Below, piece after piece: positions 1 to 8,628 of a stretch of DNA of 64,000 bases (position 1 is the first letter of the stretch; each line of letters begins with the position of its first letter). The notes beneath the pieces were generated by a model. That model was not told the origin of the DNA. It worked only from the letters and a program-made list of their open reading frames with translations, and searched no databases. Source of the DNA: a virus. A program made the position numbers and the translations under genes. The stretch spans positions 1 to 64,000 of the IMG/VR virus record IMGVR_UViG_3300014050_000017, one strand, 5' to 3'.

Positions 1-2
1 GC

Positions 3-1562
3 AGCCTGAGCAGCCGCAGCAGCCTGAGCCTCCGCTTCAATACGAGAGCTCGTACTGGACACCTGAACAGCGATAGCATTTGCTTTTTCTACAGCTACAG
101 TTGCTAGCTGGTCAGCAGTGGTTATAGCCGCAGTAGCTGCAGTGGTAGCTGTATTAGCAGCAGTAGTAACCGTTTCTAAATTAGACTGTGCTGTTGTTAG
201 GTTTGTGTTGGCAGTTGTTAGATTTTCTTGAGCTGTTGTTAGGTTTTGCTGCTCAGCTGTAAGAGTTGTCTGAGCTGCAGTTAAAGCTACTTCTGCAGCA
301 GATTGCTGCCCTTGTGCAGTATTTAAATTTAGATTGGCAGTATTAAGAGCCTCTGCAGCAGCTTGAGCTGCAGCTAGCTGCTCTGGGGTTGCGCTGCTAC
401 GACTCAAGGCTGAAGCTGGAACTACCTGCCATCCCTGCCCTCTATTCCACTGTAGCTGAACGTTTGCTCCTCCGCCGTTCTCATAGAAATGAAGAGTAAG
501 CGCTTTAGGAGTATTGGCTGTAAAAGCAACAGGTTGAGAGACGCTCCCCCCGCCACCTTTGTCATACCAGTCATTAATAACTAGTTGACCATTAAGATAT
601 AGTTTTACTCCGTCATCTGCTGGTGCGTAGAACTGGATATTACCTGTTGTGTCAGAGGTAATCTGACCAGTGTATTTAACTTGGAAGTCATCTCTAAATG
701 TATTAGCAGGTGCTCCGCTACCCCAGTTTTGATTAATTTGAGAAACAGTAGTGGTAAGGGTAGTTGTTCCAATTTCAACAGGTGGCGCATTGTTATACCC
801 GATGTTCTGGGTAACTTTCATATCTAAACCAGGTTGGGTACTAGCAGCCACAGTAGCATCAGCCGCAGCTTTAGTAGTAACGGCCTCCGTTACTACTGCT
901 TGTTGTGTAGTAACTGCAGAGGTTGCAACATTTACATCTTCTTGTCTAGCAGCAACAGTTTCAGTTGCAGTTTGTACAACTGCAGTTTGAGTTGTAACAG
1001 CATTAGCTGCAGCAACAGCTGTGGTGGTAGCAGTTTCCACAGCTGCTGCGGCAGGTGCTACGAGAGCGGTTGCGCTCTCAGCTTGTTGCACCAAAACAGT
1101 TGCACTATCAACTGCTGTCTGTGCAGTTGTGATTGCGGTGTTGGCCTCAGCAACAGCGGTGACAACTGCTGTTTCTGATGCTACTGTTGGTGGAATAACT
1201 GTTGATGCCACAGTTGCCGTGGCAGTATCAATCTTTGCTTGTACGGAGGTAACTGTAGGTGTCTCGGACTGAGTTGTTGTTCCTGTTGTTGTGTTTTCCT
1301 GTGTCATGGAGTTTTGGTTGGACGATGGCTCGTTATTGGATGAGGTTACGGTGGGTTGTGCACTTGGAGCAGGTTGCGGCTCAGGCACGGGAGTTGAAGA
1401 GGGTGACGGCTCAGCTGGAGGCGTTGATGAAGGAGACTGAGAAGGAGCAGGAGTAACCACCTGCTCGTTTGTAGCAGGCTCGTCTGCAGTAGCCGATTGT
1501 TGACTAACTAAATGAAGAACTGTTGCAAGGAATAGTGCTGCGAGTATACGCAGTTTATTTAT
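3..1562 (-). CDS. Secreted/surface protein with signal peptide, Pro/Ser/Thr-rich linker, Ala/Thr coiled coil and PA14 domain (3' end outside window)
   Basis: Open frame from 1562 to the left edge, absent from the ORF track. Translates (M)NKLRILAALFLATVLHLVSQQSATA-DEP...; PA14 motifs FYAPADDGVKLYLNGQLVINDW and HFYENGGGA at about 420-830; SD AAGGAG 6 nt before ATA at 1562. Confidence 0.8.
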   Translation of the reverse strand, partial: MNKLRILAALFLATVLHLVSQQSATADEPATNEQVVTPAPSQSPSSTPPAEPSPSSTPVPEPQPAPSAQPTVTSSNNEPSSNQNSMTQENTTTGTTTQSETPTVTSVQAKIDTATATVASTVIPPTVASETAVVTAVAEANTAITTAQTAVDSATVLVQQAESATALVAPAAAAVETATTTAVAAANAVTTQTAVVQTATETVAARQEDVNVATSAVTTQQAVVTEAVTTKAAADATVAASTQPGLDMKVTQNIGYNNAPPVEIGTTTLTTTVSQINQNWGSGAPANTFRDDFQVKYTGQITSDTTGNIQFYAPADDGVKLYLNGQLVINDWYDKGGGGSVSQPVAFTANTPKALTLHFYENGGGANVQLQWNRGQGWQVVPASALSRSSATPEQLAAAQAAAEALNTANLNLNTAQGQQSAAEVALTAAQTTLTAEQQNLTTAQENLTTANTNLTTAQSNLETVTTAANTATTAATAAITTADQLATVAVEKANAIAVQVSSTSSRIEAEAQAAAAAQA

Positions 1563-1583
1563 TGGAGACTCCTTATTAGAAGT

Positions 1584-1781
1584 CTATTTTAACAGAGTAA
1601 GGTAGTTATCTGGGTCGTAAACTGATGCAGCTTTTTGTATTAAAGCTTCACGTTGTTCTCTTGCGTGATGACCGCAAAACATTAATTCACCATTAAGAAA
1701 TGTTGCAATTACACGAGCAGCAGCGCTACATTGGTCGCAGCGGTCGTTTGCTGTTAGCTCTCGTGCAGTTACAGTTTGCAT
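1584..1781 (-). CDS. Small Zn-binding protein resembling a conserved actinobacterial family
   Basis: LTANDRCDQC...GELMFCGHH motif. Confidence 0.65.
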   Translation of the reverse strand: MQTVTARELTANDRCDQCSAAARVIATFLNGELMFCGHHAREQREALIQKAASVYDPDNYLTLLK

Positions 1782-1948
1782 TAGAATGGTGGCTTTCTCC
1801 AGGTTTTCTTATCTAACAAATTAGTATCAGACTTATCGTCTTTCATCTTTTTGTGCGCTTCTTCAGCGTACTTATCCATTTCAGCCCAGTCCTCATCGGT
1901 CATGGTTGTCCATGGGTCTGGGAAACCTTGCGAATCGTTATGCTTCAT
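1781..1948 (-). CDS. Hypothetical protein (55 aa)
   Basis: MKHNDSQGFPDPW...RKPPF*; fills the gap and overlaps both neighbours. Confidence 0.55.
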   Translation of the reverse strand: MKHNDSQGFPDPWTTMTDEDWAEMDKYAEEAHKKMKDDKSDTNLLDKKTWRKPPF

Positions 1949-2189
1949 GAGTTACGATATCCCATTTATCTCCGTGACGTTCCCTCATCATCTTCAAACC
2001 TGCTGCTGTGTGAGAGCCTGTAAAAGAGACGTTAGGGTTTTTCTTACTAGTCATAGTAAATCCTGTAAAAAGACCTTTACCAGTATTAAGGTCAACCTTG
2101 CTTACGCCTTCATCATTCATAGCGTGAGCACCCTCAGGGCCTATATTGACAACAGTACCCTTAAACTGGTCTTCACTACGCTCTGTCAT
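1938..2189 (-). CDS. Hypothetical protein
   Basis: ORF track; tightly packed operon. Confidence 0.6.
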   Translation of the reverse strand: MTERSEDQFKGTVVNIGPEGAHAMNDEGVSKVDLNTGKGLFTGFTMTSKKNPNVSFTGSHTAAGLKMMRERHGDKWDIVTHEA

Positions 2190-2479
2190 TTTTCATTCTC
2201 TTTCTTACCAGCACGGCGTTTGTTCTCTTTAGCAGTGTTTTTACTGCGAGAGATGGCTCTTAGGTTGCCCTTGGAGTCATTATTGTGGTTGTTGTCCTTA
2301 TGGTCCACAGTAATATCCTTAGACTTAAGTTTACCGTTCTTGGACTCATAGTCAGCACGAGCTTTATTCTTTGAAGTGGTAACCCACTTACCGCCGACCT
2401 TTTTCTTGTATACGTAGATAGGACGGCCGCCATTAGCATCAGAGCCCTTGTAAGGGCCAAACTTCTTTGTCTCTGCCAT
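2186..2479 (-). CDS. HNH endonuclease-like protein
   Basis: TVDHKDNNHNNDSKGNLRAISRSKN HNH motif; start moved to MAETKK. Confidence 0.7.
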   Translation of the reverse strand: MAETKKFGPYKGSDANGGRPIYVYKKKVGGKWVTTSKNKARADYESKNGKLKSKDITVDHKDNNHNNDSKGNLRAISRSKNTAKENKRRAGKKENEK

Positions 2480-2634
2480 TAGATACTCCACCATCCTTGT
2501 AGTGTGGCCTTACCACTGGCAATCCACTCTCTATGCTGTTCGTGCGTTAAATTCCAATCTATCTCATGGGTAGGCTTTTCACAAGAAGGACAAATATCCT
2601 TACCTGTGTACGCGTACACATGATGACAGAACAT
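2479..2634 (-). CDS. Small Cys/His protein (51 aa)
   Basis: MFCHHVY...CPSCEKPTH...WWSI*; fills the gap with a TAATG overlap. Confidence 0.5.
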   Translation of the reverse strand: MFCHHVYAYTGKDICPSCEKPTHEIDWNLTHEQHREWIASGKATLQGWWSI

Positions 2635-2907
2635 TTAGCAATCCCATTTACGCAATGACTTATTAATACGGCTATTAGGGTCACGTGCAGTCTTAGCAGA
2701 GGTGTTAGCCTTCTTCATACCCTCCATGCGTGCACAGAAAGACTTACGACGTGCAGCGCTCTTAGGTGATTTTTTAGCCTGCTTAGCAGATACTGGTGGC
2801 TTTAAGTTAGAACCAGGGTTAGCACGTTCATAGGACTTACGTCCAGCTTCGTTAAGTCCACCCTTTTGGTTCTTACCTTCTTTACGTGTCCAAGCTGCAG
2901 ATGCCAT
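2635..2907 (-). CDS. Basic phage protein (DUF6321-like)
   Basis: GGLNEAGRK...RRKSFCARM...SRINKSLRKWDC. Confidence 0.7.
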   Translation of the reverse strand: MASAAWTRKEGKNQKGGLNEAGRKSYERANPGSNLKPPVSAKQAKKSPKSAARRKSFCARMEGMKKANTSAKTARDPNSRINKSLRKWDC

Positions 2908-3269
2908 TAGTGTGGGTTCTCCTTATGCCATTTACGGACAGCCTTGACGCCTTGCTTAATCGTCTTAGAGCCACCCTTTTTTGTTAAGTTAATCTTGTCG
3001 TACTTGCCAGCTTTGGCCTTAGCCTCATGGTCGACGATGACATCGCCGCTCTTATTCTTCTTAACGGTATGTTTAATACCTTGAACCTTAATTGTTTTTT
3101 TTGGCACGTTCACTACGCTCCTTATGCTCGGGGGCATTTGCACACCCATGTGCATCTTTATGAAACATCTGGTATTCACCCTTACGTCTGGTAGGTACTT
3201 TAAGAGCTTCTTCTCTTATCTCTCTACCGCAGTTATCGCAAGTAGGAAATTGCCCACCAGTTCTTTTCA

Positions 3270-3539
3270 TTAGTACATAGTCCCATCGTTTCCCTGTCCT
3301 GGGAACCAATTATCAAATTCTTGATTACGGCTTGCACTCTGGCCGCCAGTCATCTTTCCTAGTCCGTAACCAATTGCACCTGCTCGAAGCGCAGGAGTCT
3401 TAGCAACCACACCTAATGCCTGCTTTCCAACAGCTGCTGCACCGCCGCGGCTAGCTACAAACTGTCCTGCACGACCTACTACAGCACGTCCAATTGTTGG
3501 ACCCGCCGCTCGTACTACCGCGCCAATTAATGGCCACAT
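3270..3539 (-). CDS. Hypothetical Ala/Gly-rich protein
   Basis: ORF track; TAATG coupling. Confidence 0.55.
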   Translation of the reverse strand: MWPLIGAVVRAAGPTIGRAVVGRAGQFVASRGGAAAVGKQALGVVAKTPALRAGAIGYGLGKMTGGQSASRNQEFDNWFPGQGNDGTMY

Positions 3540-3787
3540 TATCGGGTTCTCCTATTCAGTGAACGGTTAAGAACATCTTGAGCTTGTTCAGATACATTGT
3601 ATCTTCCGTATGACGGACGTGGACCATCAAACATCCCGTTGCTATTTCTGCGAGTATCGTTGGTTTTTCTGACAGCCTTTTTGGAGACGGATTTTTTAGT
3701 CTTTACACCTTTTTTCTTAGGGTATGCCTCGCCAAGTGCACGCTCTGCACGACTACGTCCTAGCGCTGGGTCTTTCATCTCTTCCAC
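3539..3787 (-). CDS. Hypothetical basic protein
   Basis: ORF track. Confidence 0.55.
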   Translation of the reverse strand: MEEMKDPALGRSRAERALGEAYPKKKGVKTKKSVSKKAVRKTNDTRRNSNGMFDGPRPSYGRYNVSEQAQDVLNRSLNRRTR

Positions 3788-3979
3788 CCTCTTGGTCGCT
3801 TACCGTACTGGTATCCACCTTGGTTATAGTAATCTTCAGTACTCATTGTTGTTGGTAGTTGATAACGTCGTGGAAGATGAACTGATAGCTCGCCACTCTC
3901 ACGGGTCCACTTAATAGGCTTTGGCTTCTCGTCGTTGGGAAGGCGGTACTCTTCTAATGGGTCTTCGTTAGGAATCATG
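3775..3979 (-). CDS. Hypothetical protein
   Basis: ORF track 3775..4008; start probably at MIPNED (approximate). Confidence 0.45.
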
Positions 3980-4060
3980 GTCGGTTCTTTTCGCATACAC
4001 AGGTGCAATCATCGACATCACATACCCCGTATCTAATCTCGTGGTCGCATTTGTAGCACA

Positions 4061-4318
4061 TTACTCAGTTAACCCTAACCATTGCATGCCCTTGTTTAAT
4101 CTCTCACCCATGGTTGGTTTTTTCCATGAGTTACCAAGTGCGATGGCTTCATCCTCATGCTTAGTCAATTCGGGAGAATCGTATGTCGCTCTCTTTTGGG
4201 ATGTAGGAGCGGAGAATCCTAGGGAACGATTATTGCGGTAGGACTCTAAATCAATAACACGGGATTTGTTATTGGCACGGTTAACGATGCCTTTTTGAAT
4301 AGGGCCGAAGGGTTCCAT
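4061..4318 (-). CDS. Hypothetical protein
   Basis: ORF track. Confidence 0.55.
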   Translation of the reverse strand: MEPFGPIQKGIVNRANNKSRVIDLESYRNNRSLGFSAPTSQKRATYDSPELTKHEDEAIALGNSWKKPTMGERLNKGMQWLGLTE

Positions 4319-4320
4319 AA

Positions 4321-4548
4321 CTAAAGTTTAGTGCGCTTTGTTTGATAATACTCAATAAAGGCTAGTAAGAGCATATCCACTAATTGAGGGGAATCTTTAT
4401 GTTTCTCTTCAAAATGGTGTTTCCAGGCAACGGCACCGAACTTATTCGAGCCGCATCCATTATCAATATCTGTGAATACAAGGCGTGCAAATTTAGCCGT
4501 GCGACCTTGAAAGTCCAGGCTCTCTTCGAGAAAGTCGTAAAAGCTCAC
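4321..4548 (-). CDS. Hypothetical protein (weakly YozE-like)
   Basis: MSFYDFLEE...; leaderless CACAAT-6nt-GTG start. Confidence 0.55.
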   Translation of the reverse strand: MSFYDFLEESLDFQGRTAKFARLVFTDIDNGCGSNKFGAVAWKHHFEEKHKDSPQLVDMLLLAFIEYYQTKRTKL

Positions 4549-4662
4549 GACTGTATTGTGAGGCTACTGCCTGGGTTTTAAACCCTAAACTCTCATAGGC
4601 ATCTATAGCATCATCCATTGAGTATGGGTGCTCTCTATAGCACTGACCACACTGCAAACACA

Positions 4663-4899
4663 TTAACGCTTTTTAGCTGTTTTCTTTACAGCCTTCTTAG
4701 CAGTCTTCTTTACCGCCTTCTTGGCAGCCTTCTTGACTGGCTTCTTAGCAGTTTTCTTAGATGCCTTCTTAGGCTTTAGGATTTCGTCTAGTTCTTCTTC
4801 CCAGACCTGTGGGCCAGTCTTGAGGAACTTATCATCACGAAGAGCCTTGCCAACAATGGCGACAATAACAGCGAATACAACAACAAATAAGATTTCCAT
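4663..4899 (-). CDS. Membrane-anchored protein with histone-H1-like Lys/Ala tail
   Basis: N-terminal TM (ILFVVVFAVIVAIVG) plus KKAAKKAVKKTAKK repeats; TATAGT-6nt-ATG leaderless start. Confidence 0.7.
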   Translation of the reverse strand: MEILFVVVFAVIVAIVGKALRDDKFLKTGPQVWEEELDEILKPKKASKKTAKKPVKKAAKKAVKKTAKKAVKKTAKKR

Positions 4900-4999
4900 A
4901 CCCAAACTATAGCAGGCTACTGCCTCCCCAATCTATGTGTAGGTACTCATGTTACCTGCCACCCCCGCGCTCGGGCGTGTCGTCTAACCCCTACCCCCC

Positions 5000-5073
5000 T
5001 GTGGATAAGTAGATGAACAAAAGATGAACAATAATAGCCCTAGTTGATAGGTGTCGGGGCTATCCATTAGGCT
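5000..5073 (+). promoter_or_regulatory. Cassette 1: DnaA box + tandem TGAAC repeat + sigma-A-type promoter
   Basis: TGTGGATAA 5000-5008; TGAAC 5014 and 5025; -35 TTGATA 5044; -10 TAGGCT 5068. Confidence 0.8.
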
Positions 5074-5099
5074 AGGGCTACCAACGAAAGGGGAACATT

Positions 5100-5384
5100 A
5101 TGGACATGACCATTAGCAAGTCGCTAGTTCATGGATTTATCCGTAATCTCAATGGCAAGTTCTTTACCATTGAGTTCGTCAAGCGCACTACGGGGGAATA
5201 CCGCGTTATGCGTGCCACTACCAACTATGACTCAAAGTTAGCGGGTGGCGACCTAGCCTACGACGCTAACGCCAAGCAACTTATCCCAGTATGGGACATG
5301 GATAAGAAAGCGTTTCGTAGTATCCCAACCGACGCGGTCAAGGTTATCCGCGCCCTCGGTAATACTTACAAGGTGGTTGAATAA
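5100..5384 (+). CDS. SH3/WYL-like fold protein (DUF2693-like)
   Basis: FTIEFVKRTTGEYRVMRAT...IPVWDMDKKAFRSIP signature; SD GAAAGGGG. Confidence 0.7.
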   Translation: MDMTISKSLVHGFIRNLNGKFFTIEFVKRTTGEYRVMRATTNYDSKLAGGDLAYDANAKQLIPVWDMDKKAFRSIPTDAVKVIRALGNTYKVVE

Positions 5385-5738
5385 ATGAAGCACGCAATTC
5401 ACATGGAGGGGGGCAGGTCGCTAAGCGACCTGCTCGACACCGAGACATTCCGTAACGCCTCAGTAACGGACACGCTCAACGGCAACGGGGTTATGGTAGC
5501 CCTACACTCTGCCCGTCATGTAGTCGATACCATGACCCTAAGCGGTTATGACTCAGACACTATCGCCTACGCATTCGAGAAGCCATGGAAGTATCCAGAA
5601 TTCTGGCTCCCAGCCCTCTACATTCATGGAGTTCTCTACGGCATCGGCGGACGCCGACTCTACACCGCCTTTATCAGTGATGTGGAATACGACGATAACC
5701 ACACATTCACTATCAAGGAACTCGAACCAACGGAATAA
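5385..5738 (+). CDS. Hypothetical protein
   Basis: ORF track; abuts upstream stop. Confidence 0.65.
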   Translation: MKHAIHMEGGRSLSDLLDTETFRNASVTDTLNGNGVMVALHSARHVVDTMTLSGYDSDTIAYAFEKPWKYPEFWLPALYIHGVLYGIGGRRLYTAFISDVEYDDNHTFTIKELEPTE

Positions 5739-5742
5739 GGTT

Positions 5743-5770
5743 AGAGGCGCGGACTTCCCCCCGCGCCTCT
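5743..5770 (+). terminator. Hairpin after gene, C-rich loop
   Basis: AGAGGCGCGG-ACTTCCCC-CCGCGCCTCT. Confidence 0.6.
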
Positions 5771-5867
5771 CTCGATTCCCCGTAGGGGTATGGGGAGGGT
5801 GGGTCAACACAAACATTAGAACGGCATAGGGACTGGCAAAGGAACCCCAGGAATAATAAAGAGAGCC

Positions 5868-5964
5868 TGTGGATAACTCGGTAAACAAGCCTGTGGATAA
5901 CTAAGTAAACAATAAGTGAACAAATTCAAACTGGCTTGCGTCTCATAAGGTTATCGAATAAGTT
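5868..5964 (+). promoter_or_regulatory. Cassette 2: two DnaA boxes + repeat + promoter
   Basis: TGTGGATAA 5868 and 5892; half-sites 5882, 5906, 5917; -35 TTGCGT 5936; -10 TAAGTT 5959. Confidence 0.8.
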
Positions 5965-6004
5965 TATCTCAGTGGGCAAGGGGCTCACAGAAAGTAGGTT
6001 AAAA

Positions 6005-6241
6005 GTGGATACATCCACTCAAGCGACACCAGTCGCTACCGATTACCTAAATAAGGTAATCACTCTCCGCAACGCCAAGTATTTTGGCACTGTTCAATCA
6101 GGTCGCTGTGAAGCGGTCACAATCACTGAACAAGGTGTTCAGTCAGTGAACATCGAGGGAATCGGCGACATCCGCGTCGCTGATGACTCTGATTACCAGC
6201 AGGGCTCACACTACTACTGGAACATCGAGTCAGTTCTCTGA
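6005..6241 (+). CDS. Hypothetical protein
   Basis: GTG start at 6005 after SD-like GAAAGTAGGT; the longer ORF-track start overlaps the promoter. Confidence 0.65.
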   Translation: MDTSTQATPVATDYLNKVITLRNAKYFGTVQSGRCEAVTITEQGVQSVNIEGIGDIRVADDSDYQQGSHYYWNIESVL

Positions 6242-6317
6242 TAGTTTCTATCGCCCCTAGTCGCAAGGCTAGGGGCGGTGGTGATTATCATAGGATAATC
6301 AGAAAGGGGGGTGAGCC

Positions 6318-6461
6318 ATGGACCCACGTCTATGGATGGCTCAGGTCTATCGCCAGTTGCGCGGTAACGAGCTGCTTAAGCAGTTTGAAACCGATATCAA
6401 CAATTGCCAAGGACCTGACGACGCTATTGCAATCTGCAAGCGTTACCTAGCATTGGCATAG
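6318..6461 (+). CDS. Hypothetical protein (47 aa)
   Basis: SD GAAAGGGGGGTGA; MDPRLWMAQ...YLALA*. Confidence 0.6.
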   Translation: MDPRLWMAQVYRQLRGNELLKQFETDINNCQGPDDAIAICKRYLALA

Positions 6462-6467
6462 CAAGGA

Positions 6468-6500
6468 GCCCCGCGTCGCAAGGCGCGGGGCGCTTTGTTT
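6468..6500 (+). terminator. Intrinsic terminator
   Basis: GCCCCGCG-TCGCAAGG-CGCGGGGC followed by a T-rich tail; same loop as the hairpin at 6252-6277. Confidence 0.7.
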
Positions 6501-6551
6501 GTGTTGGCCCGCCCACCCCGTTTATTTAATTGGGAGTTTTGGGAGGAGAGC

Positions 6552-6624
6552 TGTGGATAACTTAGTGAACACCAGGTGAACAATCAAAAACCTAGTAGAC
6601 ATGCGGAAAGTGTTCAAATATAGT
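6552..6624 (+). promoter_or_regulatory. Cassette 3: DnaA box + repeat + promoter
   Basis: TGTGGATAA 6552; TGAAC 6566 and 6577; -35 TAGACA 6596; -10 TATAGT 6619. Confidence 0.8.
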
Positions 6625-6665
6625 TTAGGTAGTGGGCAAGGGGCTCACAGAATAGGGGTTAAATT

Positions 6666-6869
6666 GTGCAAGAAGTTATATTCTACAACGGTTTCAACTT
6701 ACTCGTTGACATCGTCCTATGTTCGATTGTTGGATTCTTATCCTACAGGGCAGGAAAGATATCAGGTTACTTCAAGGGTTACAGTGACGGTGAAAACGAT
6801 TACAAGGACCGAGCAGAACAAGAAGCCGAGTATTACTACAACAGCATGCGAGAGGATTCATGGTCATGA
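6666..6869 (+). CDS. Small membrane protein
   Basis: TM segment then GKISGYFKGYSDG; SD AGGGG. Confidence 0.65.
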   Translation: MQEVIFYNGFNLLVDIVLCSIVGFLSYRAGKISGYFKGYSDGENDYKDRAEQEAEYYYNSMREDSWS

Positions 6870-7165
6870 AGTTACAGTGTAACCAAAAGGAAGCCATGGA
6901 CCGCATCGCGGCCCGTCAACCATTTGAGGCGTCAGCCTTGAGCGGTAAATATTGCAACTATACGCCTGGCGCAGGGCGCCTAGGCTCAGAGTATGACAGG
7001 CTTATTAGTGACTTTAAAACAGGCGCTTACGTAGTCTTCTCATATTCAACACCAATCGCCTGGTATGGGGCCAATGGTTGGTACGTAGTACAGGAGAAGT
7101 TCTCCCCTACTACATCCAAGCAACAGAATTACGTGCGACGAGCGGTTACCGTCATAGCCGCTTAG
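6866..7165 (+). CDS. Hypothetical phage protein
   Basis: ATGA coupling; YVVFSYSTPIAW...SPTTSKQQ motif. Confidence 0.7.
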   Translation: MKLQCNQKEAMDRIAARQPFEASALSGKYCNYTPGAGRLGSEYDRLISDFKTGAYVVFSYSTPIAWYGANGWYVVQEKFSPTTSKQQNYVRRAVTVIAA

Positions 7166-7177
7166 AAACCCCCTGGC

Positions 7178-7207
7178 AAAAGGCCCTCGAGAAATCGGGG
7201 GCCTTTT
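7178..7207 (+). terminator. Intrinsic terminator
   Basis: AAAAGGCCCTCGA-GAAA-TCGGGGGCCTTTT. Confidence 0.75.
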
Positions 7208-7220
7208 GTTATGCAGAGAA

Positions 7221-7298
7221 TGTTTGTGTTGACCACCCACCATCCCCACGCTAACACCATACATTGGCATTAAGCGAAGCTTAATGCCAACACAAACA
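7221..7298. repeat. TGTTTGTGTTG...CAACACAAACA inverted-repeat element with inner GCGAAGC hairpin
   Basis: Arms 7221-7231 and 7288-7298; perfect TTGGCATTAAGC-GAA-GCTTAATGCCAA at 7264-7290. Confidence 0.75.
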
Positions 7299-7307
7299 CC
7301 TGCGGCC

Positions 7308-7405
7308 TGTGGATAACTTAGTGAACGGGGCTGTGGATAACTCCGTTAACGGAAGATGAACAATAATAATCCTATTTGAAAGATTGAGATTGCTCATAGT
7401 AGGCT
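7308..7405 (+). promoter_or_regulatory. Cassette 4: two DnaA boxes + repeat + promoter
   Basis: TGTGGATAA 7308 and 7332; half-sites 7322, 7346, 7357; -35 TTGAAA 7376; -10 TAGGCT 7400. Confidence 0.8.
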
Positions 7406-7452
7406 AAGGACATGCGGGAAAGTCCCGTATACATAGTGAGAGGGGGCGCCAC

Positions 7453-8463
7453 ATGGCGCACGCACTAGAGGTTGAGAATGGCGAGGTAGCCTTTGCGCTA
7501 CGCGGTGCACCCGCGTGGCATGGCTTGGCTAATCGTACATTCTCCGCCGACGAGCATGTCTCAACCGCAGACATGCTATCCGCTGCTAAATTAGCAGACT
7601 GGAATGTCCGACTAGAGGACGTTCAATACCCAGCGGGTTACCGCTCAAAGTCCGACCTATTTATGGTCGTACGCACCAACCCATTCGACCAAGGCACCGA
7701 CGTGCTATCGGTCGTTGGTAAGCGCTACCGCGTATTCCAAAACGAGGAATTGTTCACATTCGGGGATAACATCCTCGACGGTGGCGCCTCATGGGAATCC
7801 GCAGGTTCAATCAAGGACGGCAAGGTCGTATTCGGCTCTCTCGTCGTACCTCGTGAGTTCATTCTCGACCCACAAGGTGCCAATGATAAGACTACTACTT
7901 ATCTGCTCGTTCACACATCACACGACGGTAGCGCCAGCGTTCAGGCGTCTATCACACCAGTGCGCGTCGTTTGCCAAAATACGCTACACGTTGCACTCAA
8001 TAACACTAAGTCCTCATTCAAGTTGCGCCACACTCTCAAGGTAGAGGGTCGCGTTGCAGAGGCTCGCCTCGCTCTTGGGCTCACATTCAATTACATGGAT
8101 GAGTTTGAGTCCATCGCTAAGTCTCTCTTTGAGACCTCAATGTCCAACGCTCAATGGGATAAGTTGGTCAATGCAATCTACCCAATGCCCGACGCTAATC
8201 AAGTCGCGCCACAAGTCATGACTAAGTGGCAAGCCAAGCGCGACCTACTGGATGATATCTATCACCAGTCACCAACCCAGACCAACATCAAGGGTAACTA
8301 CTGGGGCGCCCTTAACGCTCTCACCGAGCGTATCGACTACTTCCGCTCAGGTCGCACCGCCAATGGCGAGGCACTTATCGGAGCAGCCAGCGGGTTCGAC
8401 CCAGTGGTCAATGCGGAAAAGTCTCGCATCATGCGAGCAGTCCGCGAGTTGGCTAACGCTTAA
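7453..8463 (+). CDS. DUF932 family phage/plasmid protein
   Basis: PAWHGL, YRVFQNEE, YLLVHTSHDGS, TPVRVVCQNTL, WGALNALTE motifs. Confidence 0.85.
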   Translation: MAHALEVENGEVAFALRGAPAWHGLANRTFSADEHVSTADMLSAAKLADWNVRLEDVQYPAGYRSKSDLFMVVRTNPFDQGTDVLSVVGKRYRVFQNEELFTFGDNILDGGASWESAGSIKDGKVVFGSLVVPREFILDPQGANDKTTTYLLVHTSHDGSASVQASITPVRVVCQNTLHVALNNTKSSFKLRHTLKVEGRVAEARLALGLTFNYMDEFESIAKSLFETSMSNAQWDKLVNAIYPMPDANQVAPQVMTKWQAKRDLLDDIYHQSPTQTNIKGNYWGALNALTERIDYFRSGRTANGEALIGAASGFDPVVNAEKSRIMRAVRELANA

Positions 8464-8474
8464 GTAAGCCTACT

Positions 8475-8501
8475 AGCCCCCCGCACCCAGCGGGGGGCTT
8501 T
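8475..8501 (+). terminator. Intrinsic terminator
   Basis: AGCCCCCCGC-ACCCA-GCGGGGGGCT-TT. Confidence 0.7.
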
Positions 8502-8524
8502 GGCATGCCCGCATTTAGCTAAAA

Positions 8525-8611
8525 GTTTGTGTTGGGGCTTGCTGAACAGTAGCTATATATGTATAGGTAGTGTTCGAAAACAGCACCTATACAGCAAGCC
8601 CCAACACAAAC
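8525..8611. repeat. Long hairpin element (20-bp perfect arms)
   Basis: GTTTGTGTTGGGGCTTGCTG 8525-8544 / CAGCAAGCCCCAACACAAAC 8592-8611. Confidence 0.85.
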
Positions 8612-8628
8612 AAGCCTATCAGCAGGGC

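Noticed and set aside
201-211. GTTTGTGTTGG copy outside the island
   Set aside because: Inside the PA14 CDS (encodes ANTN), with no partner arm or DnaA box; probably chance.
605-1456. ORF-track calls 605..790, 751..990, 834..1178, 1021..1272, 1259..1456
   Set aside because: Shadow frames of the long minus-strand PA14 gene.
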